Sequence record: PV295200.1
Source of the DNA: Escherichia phage vB_Eco_BCPEco_001
Length of the DNA stretch: 64,000 bases
Reading direction: 5' to 3' (one strand)
Shown here: one piece after another, positions 1-10,871 of the stretch
Numbering within the stretch: the first letter of the stretch is position 1
Layout: each line of letters begins with the position of its first letter
The notes under the pieces: generated by a model
What the model saw: only the letters and a program-made list of their open reading frames with translations
Told to the model about the DNA's origin: nothing
Database searches by the model: none
Program-made: the position numbers and the translations under genes

Positions 1-94
1 GACCACTCCCAATTGAATTATAAAAATTCAACATTTTTTCTGTTCTAAATTTTGAAGTAACTATCGCACGATAGATAACACTTGAATCATTCAT
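1..94 (-). CDS. 8: baseplate wedge protein gp8, N-terminal fragment (gene runs off the window edge)
   Basis: Minus-strand ATG at 94..92; translation MNDSSVIYRAIVTSKFRTEKMLNFYNSIGSG continues past position 1; lies immediately downstream of gene 7 as in T4; overlaps the gene 7 stop by 8 nt. Not in the ORF track because truncated. Confidence 0.6.
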   Translation of the reverse strand, partial: MNDSSVIYRAIVTSKFRTEKMLNFYNSIGSG

Positions 95-3000
95 CTATTT
101 TAACCTGTGTTGGATTTTCAGGGTCTCTTGGATTTCCTATATTGTCTTTTAGACGTTTATTAACTAAATCTCTAAATTGTGCAAATGTTGTTCCAGAAGC
201 ATCAAATAGAGGACTCATTAATTTACGTCGTTCAGACGGCAATTGACCTTGAAACATTGAATTATTATTTTCAGCATTATAGTCATCAGGAAGAGGATAT
301 TCTACACCAGCCATTGGGCCAGGTTCATAAATTGCTTCTCCTGTTACTGAATCATGTTCAATTTCGCCAGTTGGAGTTAATTTAGCTACTCTATCAGCAT
401 ATTCAGTAGGCAATCCAGAATCCCATTTGTAGTTTTTGTATTTATTAATTATAGTCTCTGTGTGTTTAAGAGTTAAACCAACATTAATAAACATCGTTAA
501 AAGGGTAATTGCTATAAATCCAAATCCTACTGGATGAACAAAACGAATAACGTCAGATTTCCAGCGAGAAGAAGGTAAATTGGATTTAATTTTCATTACA
601 TAATATGATCGGCTTCTATTAATATAGTCTATATTATTTTGAAGCAAATCCTTTCCTTTAACCCCACGAATAATTTCGCCTTCAAAACTAGGAAGTCTTT
701 CTGCTTTAACTTCTTGACCAGCAATTAATCTTCCCAAAAGATTATGAATAGTTACGGTCCATTGCAATTTACCATTAGAATAACTTCTTTCTATATAAGT
801 AACATTACATCTTCCTGTGGATGTATAAATCGTTTGTCCTACTAAATCTTCAGTCAAAGAATCAGATTGAACGATTATGTCATATTCAGTACCAGCCCCA
901 GATTCAATTTCAATTTCAACTTCTTCATTATAAAGAACTTTAAAAAGAAACTTGTATGATGCTTCAATTCCTTTAGTAGAATAAAAATCATAGCTACGTG
1001 ATTCAAAAAATCTTGCAACAGCATCTCGCTTATCCGCGTTCAAATAAATGTTTCTTTTATATATCTCTGACCACAAATATTCCCATGCATGCTCTTCTCG
1101 TGGATACTGATTACGAATTAAATTTCGTAAATTGTTATACTGAGTTCCATATCCATCAGAAAGATACTGAATATATGCTTCGCAAAATGCCTCAAAATTC
1201 GAATCCTGCAACAAATAAGAATCAGGCATCATTGTGCCAATTAATGGTCTTAAATCAGGATCAGCTAATCCATGCTCTTCTTCTGGTGACCAAGGAGTCT
1301 CATGCTCTTGGTTTTGTAAAAATGCTTTTAAAAATACTCCAGTCGGCTTCCAAATAATTTCTACTGTATCTCTCACACGATAGTTAAAATCATAGTAAGA
1401 AATTATTTCACCAGAGGCTTTATAGAAAAGCATTCCTGATGCATATTTTTTAAATCCAGTGAATTTAACATTTGGCATTACTATAGTGCAATCACCATCA
1501 TCCCAGTATTCATGAACTAATCTATCTGGTGATGTTTCCGGAATATTTTCTATAACTTTAGTGTATTTTAAATCAGCATAAACTACTACAGCTCTATCAG
1601 AATTGTTTATCCAACAGCGTGTGTTAGATTTTTTAGACCAGTTAAAGAACGGTTCTGCGTAGTATTTCATTGGTTGAGGAGTAAAAGTCTCCCAATCAGA
1701 TTTTTCATCCGCTATAAATGCCATCATATGATAATGCTTATCAGCTAACCATTCACGAGGAAATTCATATTTAACAGCACCGATTAACTGATATTTTGCT
1801 GCAGTTTCAGGGTCATTAACAATGTTATCACTTAAAAATTTAAAATTACTCGAAGATAGAGAAACTAATTTACCGTCAGTTGACATATTCGCATATCCGG
1901 GTTGAATACGTCTTCTTTCTTCTTCGGTATTACCGAAAACTCTTTTCCATGTTTTTTCGTCATGATTTAAAACATATATTCCTTTATCAGCAGAATCAAT
2001 TATTTTTGAAGTTCTCGGATTGGCATTTAATGTTTCAACTTCACCAATAATAAGAGCAAAAACTTTATCACCGATAGAATCCATTTTATAGCATACTGCT
2101 TTAGGATTTCCAGTTATAGTCATTGTATCAGGTTCAAAAAGTCTTTCCGAATATGTTGGAGATAATGGATCAGAATCTATAGGTGCATTACTCGTTTTTA
2201 TGTATCTAACTTTATCTCTGGCGACAACGTAAATGTAATCATCGGTGCAAGTAATAGCTTCTGCAATGCGGTATACATTCGCTGGTAAAGTCGCGTAAGT
2301 GGCAAAAATTTCTACATCAAACCCTAGATGCAATTGGTCACCAAGTTTAGCAAATGTTATATCATGCGAACTAAATCTGACATCATCGGCTGACCATCTA
2401 ACATCAGTAGATTTACGGCCGTAGAAAATCTTGTCGTATCCTAGAACGTATGTCGTGTTTGCAGATTGGTAATATACTGTCTTAGATAAAGGATATCCTA
2501 CACGGTCATTGAAGAGCTTTACAGCTTTCCAGGTTTGTCCTTTATCATTAGATACTTTAACCACGGGTTGATAACGCTCAAAAAGATATAGAATCCCTTC
2601 TGATTCCATCAAATAAACTCGGTTAATATCCTTACATACTTGCTGAATGGAACCTTGTATTTCATGATACTCATTTTCACCAATAATAAAATTACTGATT
2701 GATGAAACATCAACATATGATGGGCTGAATTGGAACGATTCATTCATCAATGCAGCCATTATAGTGTCATTATTAAAATTGACATAATTAGAATTGTTAA
2801 GAGTAAATTTTTCCTGAATGAATTTATTGGCTAATTGCATTTCAATCATGTTTTGAAATGTGTAAGCATTCGTAGCAAAAGTTTCAAACTCTTCCGTATA
2901 AACCCAATCAGATTGCTCAAAATCTTGTGCAGCTGTAGCTACTCTAATGATGTATGATGTTAGTGGATCAGCATCATCAAAAAAGAAACTATTGTTTGCT

Positions 3001-3185
3001 GTATATCCTAAATTAATCCAACGATATTGATCACTCGGGAGATTTTCCCCCGAGTCTGTTTTTGTCTCAGCGATTTCTACAAAATAGTAGAAATTAGCAC
3101 CAACGTCATCCCAGCGTACTTGCACCTGATTTGCGGATAACTTGGAAATTCTGAGACTAGTGACTGAAGGTGCTTTTACTGTCAT
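87..3185 (-). CDS. 7: baseplate wedge protein gp7
   Basis: 1032 aa ORF, same length as T4 gp7; synteny 5-6-7-8; stop overlaps gp8 start. Confidence 0.85.
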   Translation of the reverse strand: MTVKAPSVTSLRISKLSANQVQVRWDDVGANFYYFVEIAETKTDSGENLPSDQYRWINLGYTANNSFFFDDADPLTSYIIRVATAAQDFEQSDWVYTEEFETFATNAYTFQNMIEMQLANKFIQEKFTLNNSNYVNFNNDTIMAALMNESFQFSPSYVDVSSISNFIIGENEYHEIQGSIQQVCKDINRVYLMESEGILYLFERYQPVVKVSNDKGQTWKAVKLFNDRVGYPLSKTVYYQSANTTYVLGYDKIFYGRKSTDVRWSADDVRFSSHDITFAKLGDQLHLGFDVEIFATYATLPANVYRIAEAITCTDDYIYVVARDKVRYIKTSNAPIDSDPLSPTYSERLFEPDTMTITGNPKAVCYKMDSIGDKVFALIIGEVETLNANPRTSKIIDSADKGIYVLNHDEKTWKRVFGNTEEERRRIQPGYANMSTDGKLVSLSSSNFKFLSDNIVNDPETAAKYQLIGAVKYEFPREWLADKHYHMMAFIADEKSDWETFTPQPMKYYAEPFFNWSKKSNTRCWINNSDRAVVVYADLKYTKVIENIPETSPDRLVHEYWDDGDCTIVMPNVKFTGFKKYASGMLFYKASGEIISYYDFNYRVRDTVEIIWKPTGVFLKAFLQNQEHETPWSPEEEHGLADPDLRPLIGTMMPDSYLLQDSNFEAFCEAYIQYLSDGYGTQYNNLRNLIRNQYPREEHAWEYLWSEIYKRNIYLNADKRDAVARFFESRSYDFYSTKGIEASYKFLFKVLYNEEVEIEIESGAGTEYDIIVQSDSLTEDLVGQTIYTSTGRCNVTYIERSYSNGKLQWTVTIHNLLGRLIAGQEVKAERLPSFEGEIIRGVKGKDLLQNNIDYINRSRSYYVMKIKSNLPSSRWKSDVIRFVHPVGFGFIAITLLTMFINVGLTLKHTETIINKYKNYKWDSGLPTEYADRVAKLTPTGEIEHDSVTGEAIYEPGPMAGVEYPLPDDYNAENNNSMFQGQLPSERRKLMSPLFDASGTTFAQFRDLVNKRLKDNIGNPRDPENPTQVKIDE

Positions 3186-5164
3186 TGTGATATAGGCTCC
3201 AAATCGATAGTTAAGTATTGCGGACGTAAATCATTTTCAAATACAATCAGTGAACCATCACGGGTAAAGATAACATCATCGGTTGGGTCAGAATATAATT
3301 CAATAGTCTGAACCTCAAATTTTTCAGATGTTAAATTAATTTTAGCGATATTCCAATAAATCATGTCAGTCGGATAATTTATTTCACCGATAACATAGTA
3401 TTTGTCGCGTCCATCAGAATTTGCTAATTTATTAAAATCATTGCCTGTATATGGCTGAATGTTTTCATTTTCTGTAACATCGCCAGAAGCAAATGGACCA
3501 ATAATAACTTTACCAATTCCTTTAGAATCTCGGTCTGTTGATACTATACGAACATCATATAATACATCTTCTTCTAAACCAGTATCAGGATTTACAACCT
3601 TTCGTCCAGAATTAAATGAAAACGTATTAGATTCCATAGAACGATCTTTTATTTGATTATTATATTTAATACCCGCTTCAGGCGTTTTATAGAAGTTTTG
3701 TACTTCACGAACCATTTGAATAGTCGCTGATGAACCAATGACAGAATGATCTGCATCATCTACATATGTCAACATCTTAGATTTAGCGAAAGACGAGTTA
3801 AAAATTTCTACATCTTCGGTATAATAGCGATCAATTTTATCAATTATTTGACCTTCAAGCCACTGTTCGGATTCTTGCAGCTTATTTAAAGCATATGTGA
3901 CTTTTAAATTAGTCTTAATAAAAAGGTAATTAGGAGAAATAATTGATGGTGTAATAGGAGCTAAATTATAGTCTTTGAGATAATTTTTAATATCTTCACG
4001 CTGTACGGTAGTTAAATACAGACCTGATTTAGGTTTAGCAGCAATAAATGCATACCCAGGTTTAGTAGAATCAGTGAAAGTTTGAACAGCTTGAATAATA
4101 GAACCAAATCTCTCTGAAACGAATGTATCATAGTCAGTCGCAGTTACGCATCGTTGCTGGGTTTCGCGTTTAATAGTACCCAATTCGCGAATACGCTCAA
4201 TATCTTCTGGATCACCGCCTCCATCTGCCCCAACAAAATCTGGGTCACCGTTTGGATTTTCATTAATATTGATGACAGTTATATTTGTTAATGTGTCTGC
4301 GTATGAAAATCCGACTGCTCCGTTCGCGTCAGCACCATTAGTACTAATGTACTCAATAACAATCGTAGAGTTCTGAGTAGGTTTAAGACCTCCAATATAA
4401 TTAGCAGTCAAAGCTCCTTCAGAAGCATTAACAGAAATTTCACCTTCACCAAAATAGAATTCAGTGTTTCCATCAATAGTTTCACGCATATAGTAAATCG
4501 TTGATGTTGAACCAGCATGAACCATTGACTTTCTCGTCCAGTTAATCCATTCCGCTCCATCAACATATAATTTAACCTGGTTTCTATCAATATTTTTATC
4601 ATAAATGATAATAGGTGTTAATTTATCATAAATGATTTCAGTTCTTACTATACGTCCCTGGGCCAATTTTAAACGTGGAAAATATTGGTTATTTTTATCA
4701 CGAATAGCAATAACGTCTTCGGTAGAAACGAAGTTATATGGATTAACAGAAGTATCTTTTGCATATGCTAAAAAGCGAGTTCCGCGAGGAATTGTAATGT
4801 AATTCCTATTCAATGCGTCGGTGCATGTTAACATAATTTCGGTTTGCGCAGCGGATTTTGAAGTAGGTAAATATCCGTTATCTTGTGCAGCTTGAACAAC
4901 TGAGCTTCGTAAGTTAGCAGTACGCATAAAGCTTTCATATACAGCAGCATTACCAAACTGCTGAATGTACAGCGTATTATAAGCCAAAAGGTCACACAGA
5001 ACGTTTAATCTTGAGCCTTCAAAATCATAATCCAAAAATTCATTTTGGCCATTAAGCCATTCAATGAGGTTTTGTTTTATTTCAGCAAACGTACCCCCGA
5101 CGAATATCTCGGGAATAGCATTTGCTGTTCTTGTTAATTGATAATTTACAGGGGTATTTGCCAT
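3182..5164 (-). CDS. 6: baseplate wedge protein gp6
   Basis: 660 aa ORF, same length as T4 gp6; ATGA overlap with gene 7. Confidence 0.85.
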   Translation of the reverse strand: MANTPVNYQLTRTANAIPEIFVGGTFAEIKQNLIEWLNGQNEFLDYDFEGSRLNVLCDLLAYNTLYIQQFGNAAVYESFMRTANLRSSVVQAAQDNGYLPTSKSAAQTEIMLTCTDALNRNYITIPRGTRFLAYAKDTSVNPYNFVSTEDVIAIRDKNNQYFPRLKLAQGRIVRTEIIYDKLTPIIIYDKNIDRNQVKLYVDGAEWINWTRKSMVHAGSTSTIYYMRETIDGNTEFYFGEGEISVNASEGALTANYIGGLKPTQNSTIVIEYISTNGADANGAVGFSYADTLTNITVININENPNGDPDFVGADGGGDPEDIERIRELGTIKRETQQRCVTATDYDTFVSERFGSIIQAVQTFTDSTKPGYAFIAAKPKSGLYLTTVQREDIKNYLKDYNLAPITPSIISPNYLFIKTNLKVTYALNKLQESEQWLEGQIIDKIDRYYTEDVEIFNSSFAKSKMLTYVDDADHSVIGSSATIQMVREVQNFYKTPEAGIKYNNQIKDRSMESNTFSFNSGRKVVNPDTGLEEDVLYDVRIVSTDRDSKGIGKVIIGPFASGDVTENENIQPYTGNDFNKLANSDGRDKYYVIGEINYPTDMIYWNIAKINLTSEKFEVQTIELYSDPTDDVIFTRDGSLIVFENDLRPQYLTIDLEPISQ

Positions 5165-5172
5165 TTTAAATC

Positions 5173-5466
5173 CTATTTAATGAATACTTTAGATGATGCC
5201 TGAGCCACAGTATCACCACATGATATTGGATCAGCCATTTGAACAGCTTTCTTTCCAGTGACATATACCTTAGAAGTTCTGGGTTGTGTCACTCCGCCAT
5301 GTGTTTCATATGGCTTTTTAATTTCTGTATGTTCTGTAATTGGATCGCCTTCTACTAGAACAGCAATTCCTCCAGTGAATACTTTACTTTGCGTAGCATT
5401 CACAACTGTTGGAGGCCACGCTTCATGGCCAGCAGTAACACACTTATCATAACTCAATCCTGACAT
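5173..5466 (-). CDS. 5.4: gp5.4 PAAR-repeat spike tip protein
   Basis: 97 aa, same size as T4 gp5.4; Gly/Val/Thr-rich PAAR-like composition; sits between gene 5 and gene 6. Confidence 0.7.
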   Translation of the reverse strand: MSGLSYDKCVTAGHEAWPPTVVNATQSKVFTGGIAVLVEGDPITEHTEIKKPYETHGGVTQPRTSKVYVTGKKAVQMADPISCGDTVAQASSKVFIK

Positions 5467-6050
5467 TTATAATACCCCGCTTTAACTCGCCCCTTTAAGG
5501 TACTATAATTTATATTAAGAGCTTTAGCTGCGATTTTAATACTTTTATATAAAACGCCGTTGATAATAACAGATTTAGCATTAGGGGCTATTTTGCCATA
5601 CCTTGGGTTATTGGCGCCACACATCTTCAGAGTTTTACCTCTAGGCCCTCTAGGCCCTCTTTTTCTAGACGATTTAATGCTAATTTTCAATCTAGTTTCA
5701 CGCGAATGAGATTTACCGTAAAATCCATTTTTAGCACCCGCTGTGTTATGTTTTGGGAAGCCACCGATACCGCCTAGTTTCATATTATAAGTTTTCTTAG
5801 ATTTAACAAATTCCTCTGTGACTATTTCTGCCTCTGCGTCATACATAGCTTTTTCAGATTCAAAGAATTTTATAATATGCTTATAAAAATTATCTATGCC
5901 ATATTTTTTAATGGCATTTTTAATGGCAACGCCAGAACCCATATACCCATCATCCAAATTTGAAGTTTTGTGGACGCCTACATAAATTTTTCCTGTTGTT
6001 TTATTAGTTATTGAATACAAATAAAAATATTTATGGTCTTGCATAGGCAT
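5454..6050 (-). CDS. GIY-YIG homing endonuclease (Seg-like), free-standing
   Basis: 198 aa; N-terminal motif [20 protein letters not shown] (GIY-YIG core); basic C-terminal region; overlaps both flanking genes. Confidence 0.7.
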   Translation of the reverse strand: MPMQDHKYFYLYSITNKTTGKIYVGVHKTSNLDDGYMGSGVAIKNAIKKYGIDNFYKHIIKFFESEKAMYDAEAEIVTEEFVKSKKTYNMKLGGIGGFPKHNTAGAKNGFYGKSHSRETRLKISIKSSRKRGPRGPRGKTLKMCGANNPRYGKIAPNAKSVIINGVLYKSIKIAAKALNINYSTLKGRVKAGYYKCQD

Positions 6051-6588
6051 ATTCTCTCAATTTATTAGCCCAACGACTCCAATTTCCAACTATAGTTTTT
6101 GTGTAATTTTTAACAAGAGTTTTTCTTATTGGAGCTGGAGGATCAGTTGGTTCAGTGGTATCAGAAGATGACCTAGAATTACTACCAGAACCTCCAGATT
6201 CACTTTGTTCTTGGTAGTCATATATTAATGTTACTTCGTAAGTGAATGTCTTCTGGAGGTTCTGAGGAGCTTTCCATAAATACAATTGGGTATTAGAATC
6301 AGTTGGAAGGTCTTCCCATGAAGCAGCAGTTTTAAATTCATTATCTAAACGATATTTCAACGCATCATTTCCAAATCCAAATACAGATTCATACGTTCCA
6401 TATAAACGATTTTCTTCTACTAAAACTCCAGGAGTTTCTTCGTAACTAGTTATATTTATAGATACTAACGTTTCACCTGTTTCTAATTGAGCGGTAAAGG
6501 TGACGTCGATAGAAGAACCTTCCATGGATTCTCCTAAATCAGCGCTCATTGGAAGTATATTAGCCAATGTCAATCCTCGATCCATCAA
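6031..6588 (-). CDS. gp5.1-like hypothetical protein
   Basis: 185 aa ORF immediately downstream of gene 5 on the minus strand; Ser/Gly-rich linker; an alternative start 13 codons in would remove the overlap with gene 5. Confidence 0.5.
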   Translation of the reverse strand: MMDRGLTLANILPMSADLGESMEGSSIDVTFTAQLETGETLVSINITSYEETPGVLVEENRLYGTYESVFGFGNDALKYRLDNEFKTAASWEDLPTDSNTQLYLWKAPQNLQKTFTYEVTLIYDYQEQSESGGSGSNSRSSSDTTEPTDPPAPIRKTLVKNYTKTIVGNWSRWANKLREYAYARP

Positions 6589-8287
6589 TTGTGTATTGAC
6601 CAGATGAAATAGAACTCATAGATGCCATTTTTTCCGTCCAATCACCACCAACGTCCCAATCAACTGTCCCAGCAACTTTCCAAGAAAGATTTCCATTTAC
6701 TGTATTAGTCTGATTTCCTTCAACTAAAGTGGTAGCATCTCCTTTAACTGTAATGTCAGCATTACCTTCAACTACGATAGTAACATTACCTTTGACTAGG
6801 ATAGTTCCATTACCTTCAACCGTCTTAGTTTCATCGCCACGTACAAATATTGTATTGCTTCCATCTATTTGGTGAAGACGATTATCCATGTTGTAATAAA
6901 TTTCTGATCCACCGACGTTAGTCTTTTTATCACCGGCTACCAAAAAATTACCATCAGCGTTGGTTATATCATACAAATTATCAACAGTTTTTCTTGTTCT
7001 TCTTCCTGAGGGTGATACTTCCTCATATGTTCCAGTCGGATGAACTAATCTGTATCGTTCTTGCCCAGGGGTATCATCAAATTCCTGAATATGACCGCTT
7101 TCAGTTTCCATTGTGTGAACATACGGATATTCACCTTTATATGAAGAAACAGGTTCTTTAAATAAAATTCTCGAATCATTCGGAATAGGAGGATCAGCTG
7201 GATCAGAAGACTTTGCTACAGTAGCAGCCATTGCTGACAAAGACCTAGACGGTGTTTTCACTTCAATACCGTATGATTCCAAATTACCTGTAAGAATAAT
7301 CATGGTAACACGAGATGCACGGCCTTTTGTTTGTTGATACCACAATGAATCACGACCAGCTTTATATGCCTTTTCCCAATCTCCGGCTAACATAGCAGTT
7401 AACATTGTGTTAAATTTAGCTACACCACCAACACCCATCTGAAATGCCATATTTTCTAATGCCATTTGACGAGAACGGTTGACAGCTTGCCAGACTGGTC
7501 CTACTTTAGAATGTGATTTAATGTCACGTTGCATATCAGCCAAATCACGCTCAAATAAAGTTACCGCTTCTTCCATTGTAATAGAACCTGGATTTCCGGT
7601 AATTTCACGACCAACTTGTTTTGATAAAACTTTATTAATTTGGGTCATATCACGAACTGGCTGCTTCATGATAAGATGACCAATACCAATTGTCGGATAT
7701 CCTTCAGTATCCCAATAAACTTTTAGTCTTAATCCTTCATCGCGGCGAAGCATTTCAGCCATTGACATATTTGGATTATCATCAGTTGGAATCTCTGATA
7801 GTGGTCTATCATCAGGATTTATCGCAGTGTCTAGATTGCTATCTTGGATAATATTAGAAGACGAATCATATCCTACTTCTCCGCCTTGGTTTAATACGTT
7901 AGTATCATTTCCTAGACGTCTAGGATACTGTCCAGTCGGATCAGAAAATCCTTCGAGTCTATTAGGCTTTTCGCGAACTATTCCACCATACGTGCCAAGG
8001 ACAATTCCGTTAGTTTTCCATTTGTCTAAAAAATGACCATAGACTCTAGTTCCTTCTACCGGACCAGTAACGGAGCCTCCAATTCCAGACATTGCTGCGG
8101 AAGTTATGGGTTGAATAACTGACATCCACGGTAATTTATCAGTTGGAATACCCATTACATCGCCTTGTGCTCTTTGAGGTGGATGCAGACCAACTACACG
8201 AACACGAACACGACCTAATTTTAATGGGTCCATTCTATCTTCAACAACACCAACAAACCAATTAAGGTTATTACTTATCATTTCCAT
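6560..8287 (-). CDS. 5: baseplate hub subunit and tail lysozyme gp5
   Basis: 575 aa as in T4 gp5; internal lysozyme motif LRLKVYWDTEGYPTIGIGHL; C-terminal VxGxxxxx beta-helix repeats. Confidence 0.9.
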   Translation of the reverse strand: MEMISNNLNWFVGVVEDRMDPLKLGRVRVRVVGLHPPQRAQGDVMGIPTDKLPWMSVIQPITSAAMSGIGGSVTGPVEGTRVYGHFLDKWKTNGIVLGTYGGIVREKPNRLEGFSDPTGQYPRRLGNDTNVLNQGGEVGYDSSSNIIQDSNLDTAINPDDRPLSEIPTDDNPNMSMAEMLRRDEGLRLKVYWDTEGYPTIGIGHLIMKQPVRDMTQINKVLSKQVGREITGNPGSITMEEAVTLFERDLADMQRDIKSHSKVGPVWQAVNRSRQMALENMAFQMGVGGVAKFNTMLTAMLAGDWEKAYKAGRDSLWYQQTKGRASRVTMIILTGNLESYGIEVKTPSRSLSAMAATVAKSSDPADPPIPNDSRILFKEPVSSYKGEYPYVHTMETESGHIQEFDDTPGQERYRLVHPTGTYEEVSPSGRRTRKTVDNLYDITNADGNFLVAGDKKTNVGGSEIYYNMDNRLHQIDGSNTIFVRGDETKTVEGNGTILVKGNVTIVVEGNADITVKGDATTLVEGNQTNTVNGNLSWKVAGTVDWDVGGDWTEKMASMSSISSGQYTIDGSRIDIG

Positions 8288-8861
8288 AAGATTTCTCCAT
8301 TATACGTATAAGGTCGTTCATAAATGAATTGATGTCTGATTTTGCTATTATTTTTATTTGACGAAGTTTTTCATTTTCAAGAACAGCAGCTTCATACGTA
8401 TCGACCGCAGCAAGTGCTCCTTCATATTGAGGATATTTTCTAGCTTTATCGCCTTTGTCATACCAAACATATGGATTATCATCGTATGATATTAAATTAT
8501 AAAATTTTTCACCGTTCTCATTCACATGATATACTATTTGGTCTCCACCTACGTTTTTGTATTTTTGTATAGATGCTTGATAAGCAGCTTCTTGCGAAGT
8601 AATCCATCCATAATACGGATCATAATTATCATTACACATCAATAAAACCCAATACAACTGCGGATTTCCATATATAGCATTTGCTAATTCTTCCGGGCGC
8701 GGTGAACCTTTAATATAATAAGTACGTAAGCGGTATCCCGCAAGAGCACGTTTGAAATAGTCTTTATAGTTTCTAAAAATATCTGTCATAGGAATAGTCG
8801 GCGCGTTTTTATTCACCGTTTTGGCCGCATATTCAATCGGATCAAAAAATGTAAAGAGCAT
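8271..8861 (-). CDS. 53: baseplate wedge protein gp53
   Basis: 196 aa as in T4 gp53; directly upstream of gene 5; minus-strand late promoter upstream. Confidence 0.8.
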   Translation of the reverse strand: MLFTFFDPIEYAAKTVNKNAPTIPMTDIFRNYKDYFKRALAGYRLRTYYIKGSPRPEELANAIYGNPQLYWVLLMCNDNYDPYYGWITSQEAAYQASIQKYKNVGGDQIVYHVNENGEKFYNLISYDDNPYVWYDKGDKARKYPQYEGALAAVDTYEAAVLENEKLRQIKIIAKSDINSFMNDLIRIMEKSYGNDK

Positions 8862-8874
8862 GGGCCCTCCTGTT

Positions 8875-8882
8875 TATAAATA
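8875..8882 (+). promoter_or_regulatory. late promoter TATAAATA (gp55-dependent) for gene 4
   Basis: Exact TATAAATA 27 nt upstream of the gene 4 ATG. Confidence 0.6.
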
Positions 8883-8889
8883 TATTATC

Positions 8890-8897
8890 TATTTATA
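8890..8897 (-). promoter_or_regulatory. late promoter TATAAATA on minus strand for gene 53
   Basis: Plus strand reads TATTTATA, i.e. TATAAATA on the minus strand, about 29 nt upstream of the gene 53 start at 8861. Confidence 0.6.
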
Positions 8898-8908
8898 AGG
8901 AGAATCCA

Positions 8909-9361
8909 ATGGCATATTCTGGAAAATGGGTTCCTAAAAATATATCAAAATATAGAGGTGACCCTAAAAAAATTACGTATAGATCAAATTGGGAAAAATT
9001 CTTTTTTGAATGGTTAGATAAAAATCCAGAAATTATTGCATGGGGTAGTGAAACAGCAGTAATTCCTTATTTTTGTAATGCAGAAGGGAAAAAACGTAGA
9101 TACTTCATGGATATTTGGATGAAAGATTCTTCTGGACAAGAATTTTTTATTGAAATAAAACCTAAAAAAGAAACACAACCACCAGTTAAACCAGCACATC
9201 TAACAACTGCAGCGAAGAAAAGATTTATGAATGAAATTTATACATATTCCGTTAATACTGACAAATGGAAAGCAGCGCAATCTTTAGCTGAAAAGCGTGG
9301 AATAAAATTTAGAATTTTAACAGAAGATGGATTACGAGCTCTTGGCTTTAAGGGGGCATAA
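8909..9361 (+). CDS. 4: head completion protein gp4
   Basis: 150 aa as in T4 gp4; SD AAGGAG upstream; synteny 53 | 4-2-3-1. Confidence 0.8.
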   Translation: MAYSGKWVPKNISKYRGDPKKITYRSNWEKFFFEWLDKNPEIIAWGSETAVIPYFCNAEGKKRRYFMDIWMKDSSGQEFFIEIKPKKETQPPVKPAHLTTAAKKRFMNEIYTYSVNTDKWKAAQSLAEKRGIKFRILTEDGLRALGFKGA

Positions 9362-10185
9362 TGGCTATTTTTCAAATAATTAATGAAAGCACTCCCCAAG
9401 TTCCAAAGGTTAAGCAATCATTAAACGAAAAGAAATGGATTCAGATAGGTCTTGAATACAGAAAGGCCAAAGCAAAAGGAATGACAGGAAAGCAATTTGC
9501 CGAAGAAAGAGGAATCAAATACTCTACGTTTACTTCAGCAATGTCAAAATATGCTTCAGGAATTAAAACAGCTGAAAAGATTCAAAAGCTTGAATCAAAA
9601 CCAATGAATAAACTCAATAAGCAAGAAAGACAACTGCTTATGATAAATTCATTCAGACAAACATTGCGCGATAAAATTCGTAATGAAGGCGCAGCAATTA
9701 ATAATAAAACCAGAAAGTGGTTTGCTGAAACTATTAAGCAAGTAAAAGGACATAAAGTTGTTCGCCCGCAGCCGGGACGAATATATGCTTTTGCTTATGA
9801 TGCTAAACACAAGGAAACTCTTCCTTACTGGGATAAATTTCCTTTGATAATTTACCTTGGTTTAGGTAAGCATAACTTAATGTACGGATTGAACTTGCAC
9901 TATATTCCACCTAAAGCTCGTCAGCAATTCCTAGAAGAGCTTTTAAAGCAATATGCAAATACACCTACTATTACTAATAAAACGAAATTAAAAATTGATT
10001 GGAGTCAAGTGAAAGGATTTAGGGGCGCAGACCAAATGATTAAGGCATATATACCTGGTAATATTATGGGTAGCCTTGTTGAAATCGCCCCGAAAGACTG
10101 GGCGAACGTTGTGTTAATGCCACTTCAGCAGTTCGTTTCAAAAGGAAAACGTTTCTCTGCAAACAAAGTCTGGTCAAATATCTAA
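9361..10185 (+). CDS. 2: DNA end protector protein gp2
   Basis: 274 aa as in T4 gp2; start overlaps the gene 4 stop. Confidence 0.8.
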   Translation: MAIFQIINESTPQVPKVKQSLNEKKWIQIGLEYRKAKAKGMTGKQFAEERGIKYSTFTSAMSKYASGIKTAEKIQKLESKPMNKLNKQERQLLMINSFRQTLRDKIRNEGAAINNKTRKWFAETIKQVKGHKVVRPQPGRIYAFAYDAKHKETLPYWDKFPLIIYLGLGKHNLMYGLNLHYIPPKARQQFLEELLKQYANTPTITNKTKLKIDWSQVKGFRGADQMIKAYIPGNIMGSLVEIAPKDWANVVLMPLQQFVSKGKRFSANKVWSNI

Positions 10186-10291
10186 TTCTATTATCTTCCA
10201 TTCTTTTCTGTTGTTTGTTCTAAATGGAATTGAATGGAAGGGACTTAGACCCATTATACCACCAACAGTTATAAAGCATTATGAGGAATAT

Positions 10292-10822
10292 ATGTCGCAA
10301 GCTCTGCAACAAATTTTTAACCAAGCAAATACAACTAACTTTGTAGTATCAATACCACATAGTAATACTACGTCTGCTTTTACTTTAAATGCTCAGTCAG
10401 TTCCTATTCCAGGAATTAGAATACCTGTTACTGATACCGTGACTGGGCCGTTTGGACTGGGCCGAGCACAACGTCCAGGTGTTACATTCGAGTATGATCC
10501 ACTCATTGTGAGATTTATAGTTGATGAAGAACTTAAGTCGTGGATAGGAATGTATGAATGGATGCTAGGAACTAGCAACTATCTTACAGGTGAAAATACT
10601 GCCCAAAAAACAGGTCCTGAGTACATTACGCTTTACATCTTAGATAATAGCAAAACTGAAATCGTGATGTCAATAAATTTTTATAAGCCTTGGGTTTCTG
10701 ACCTGTCTGAAGTAGAATTTAGCTACACGGAAGATTCAGACCCGGCTTTAGTATGTACAGCAACGATTCCTTACACCTATTTTCAAGTAGAAAAAGATGG
10801 AAAAATTATAGCAGAAGTTTAA
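10292..10822 (+). CDS. 3: tail completion and sheath stabiliser gp3
   Basis: 176 aa from the internal ATG (MSQALQQIFNQ...) with SD GAGGA; track ORF 10211 has an upstream extension without a good RBS. Confidence 0.8.
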   Translation: MSQALQQIFNQANTTNFVVSIPHSNTTSAFTLNAQSVPIPGIRIPVTDTVTGPFGLGRAQRPGVTFEYDPLIVRFIVDEELKSWIGMYEWMLGTSNYLTGENTAQKTGPEYITLYILDNSKTEIVMSINFYKPWVSDLSEVEFSYTEDSDPALVCTATIPYTYFQVEKDGKIIAEV

Positions 10823-10871
10823 TGCTTCAGTTTTGTGTGTTATAATCTTAATTAAATTTGAGGAGAAACAC

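Noticed and set aside
88-90. Possible gene 8 start codon directly overlapping the gene 7 stop (ATGA arrangement)
   Set aside because: Translation from that ATG hits a stop after 9 codons; the in-frame ATG at 94..92 gives an open frame to the window edge instead.
179-385. Plus-strand ORFs (179-385, 998-1357, 3459-3656, 5258-5452, 7479-7679, 7827-8036) inside baseplate genes 7, 6, 5.4 and 5
   Set aside because: Each lies entirely antisense within a long structural gene, with no RBS or promoter; most likely chance ORFs.
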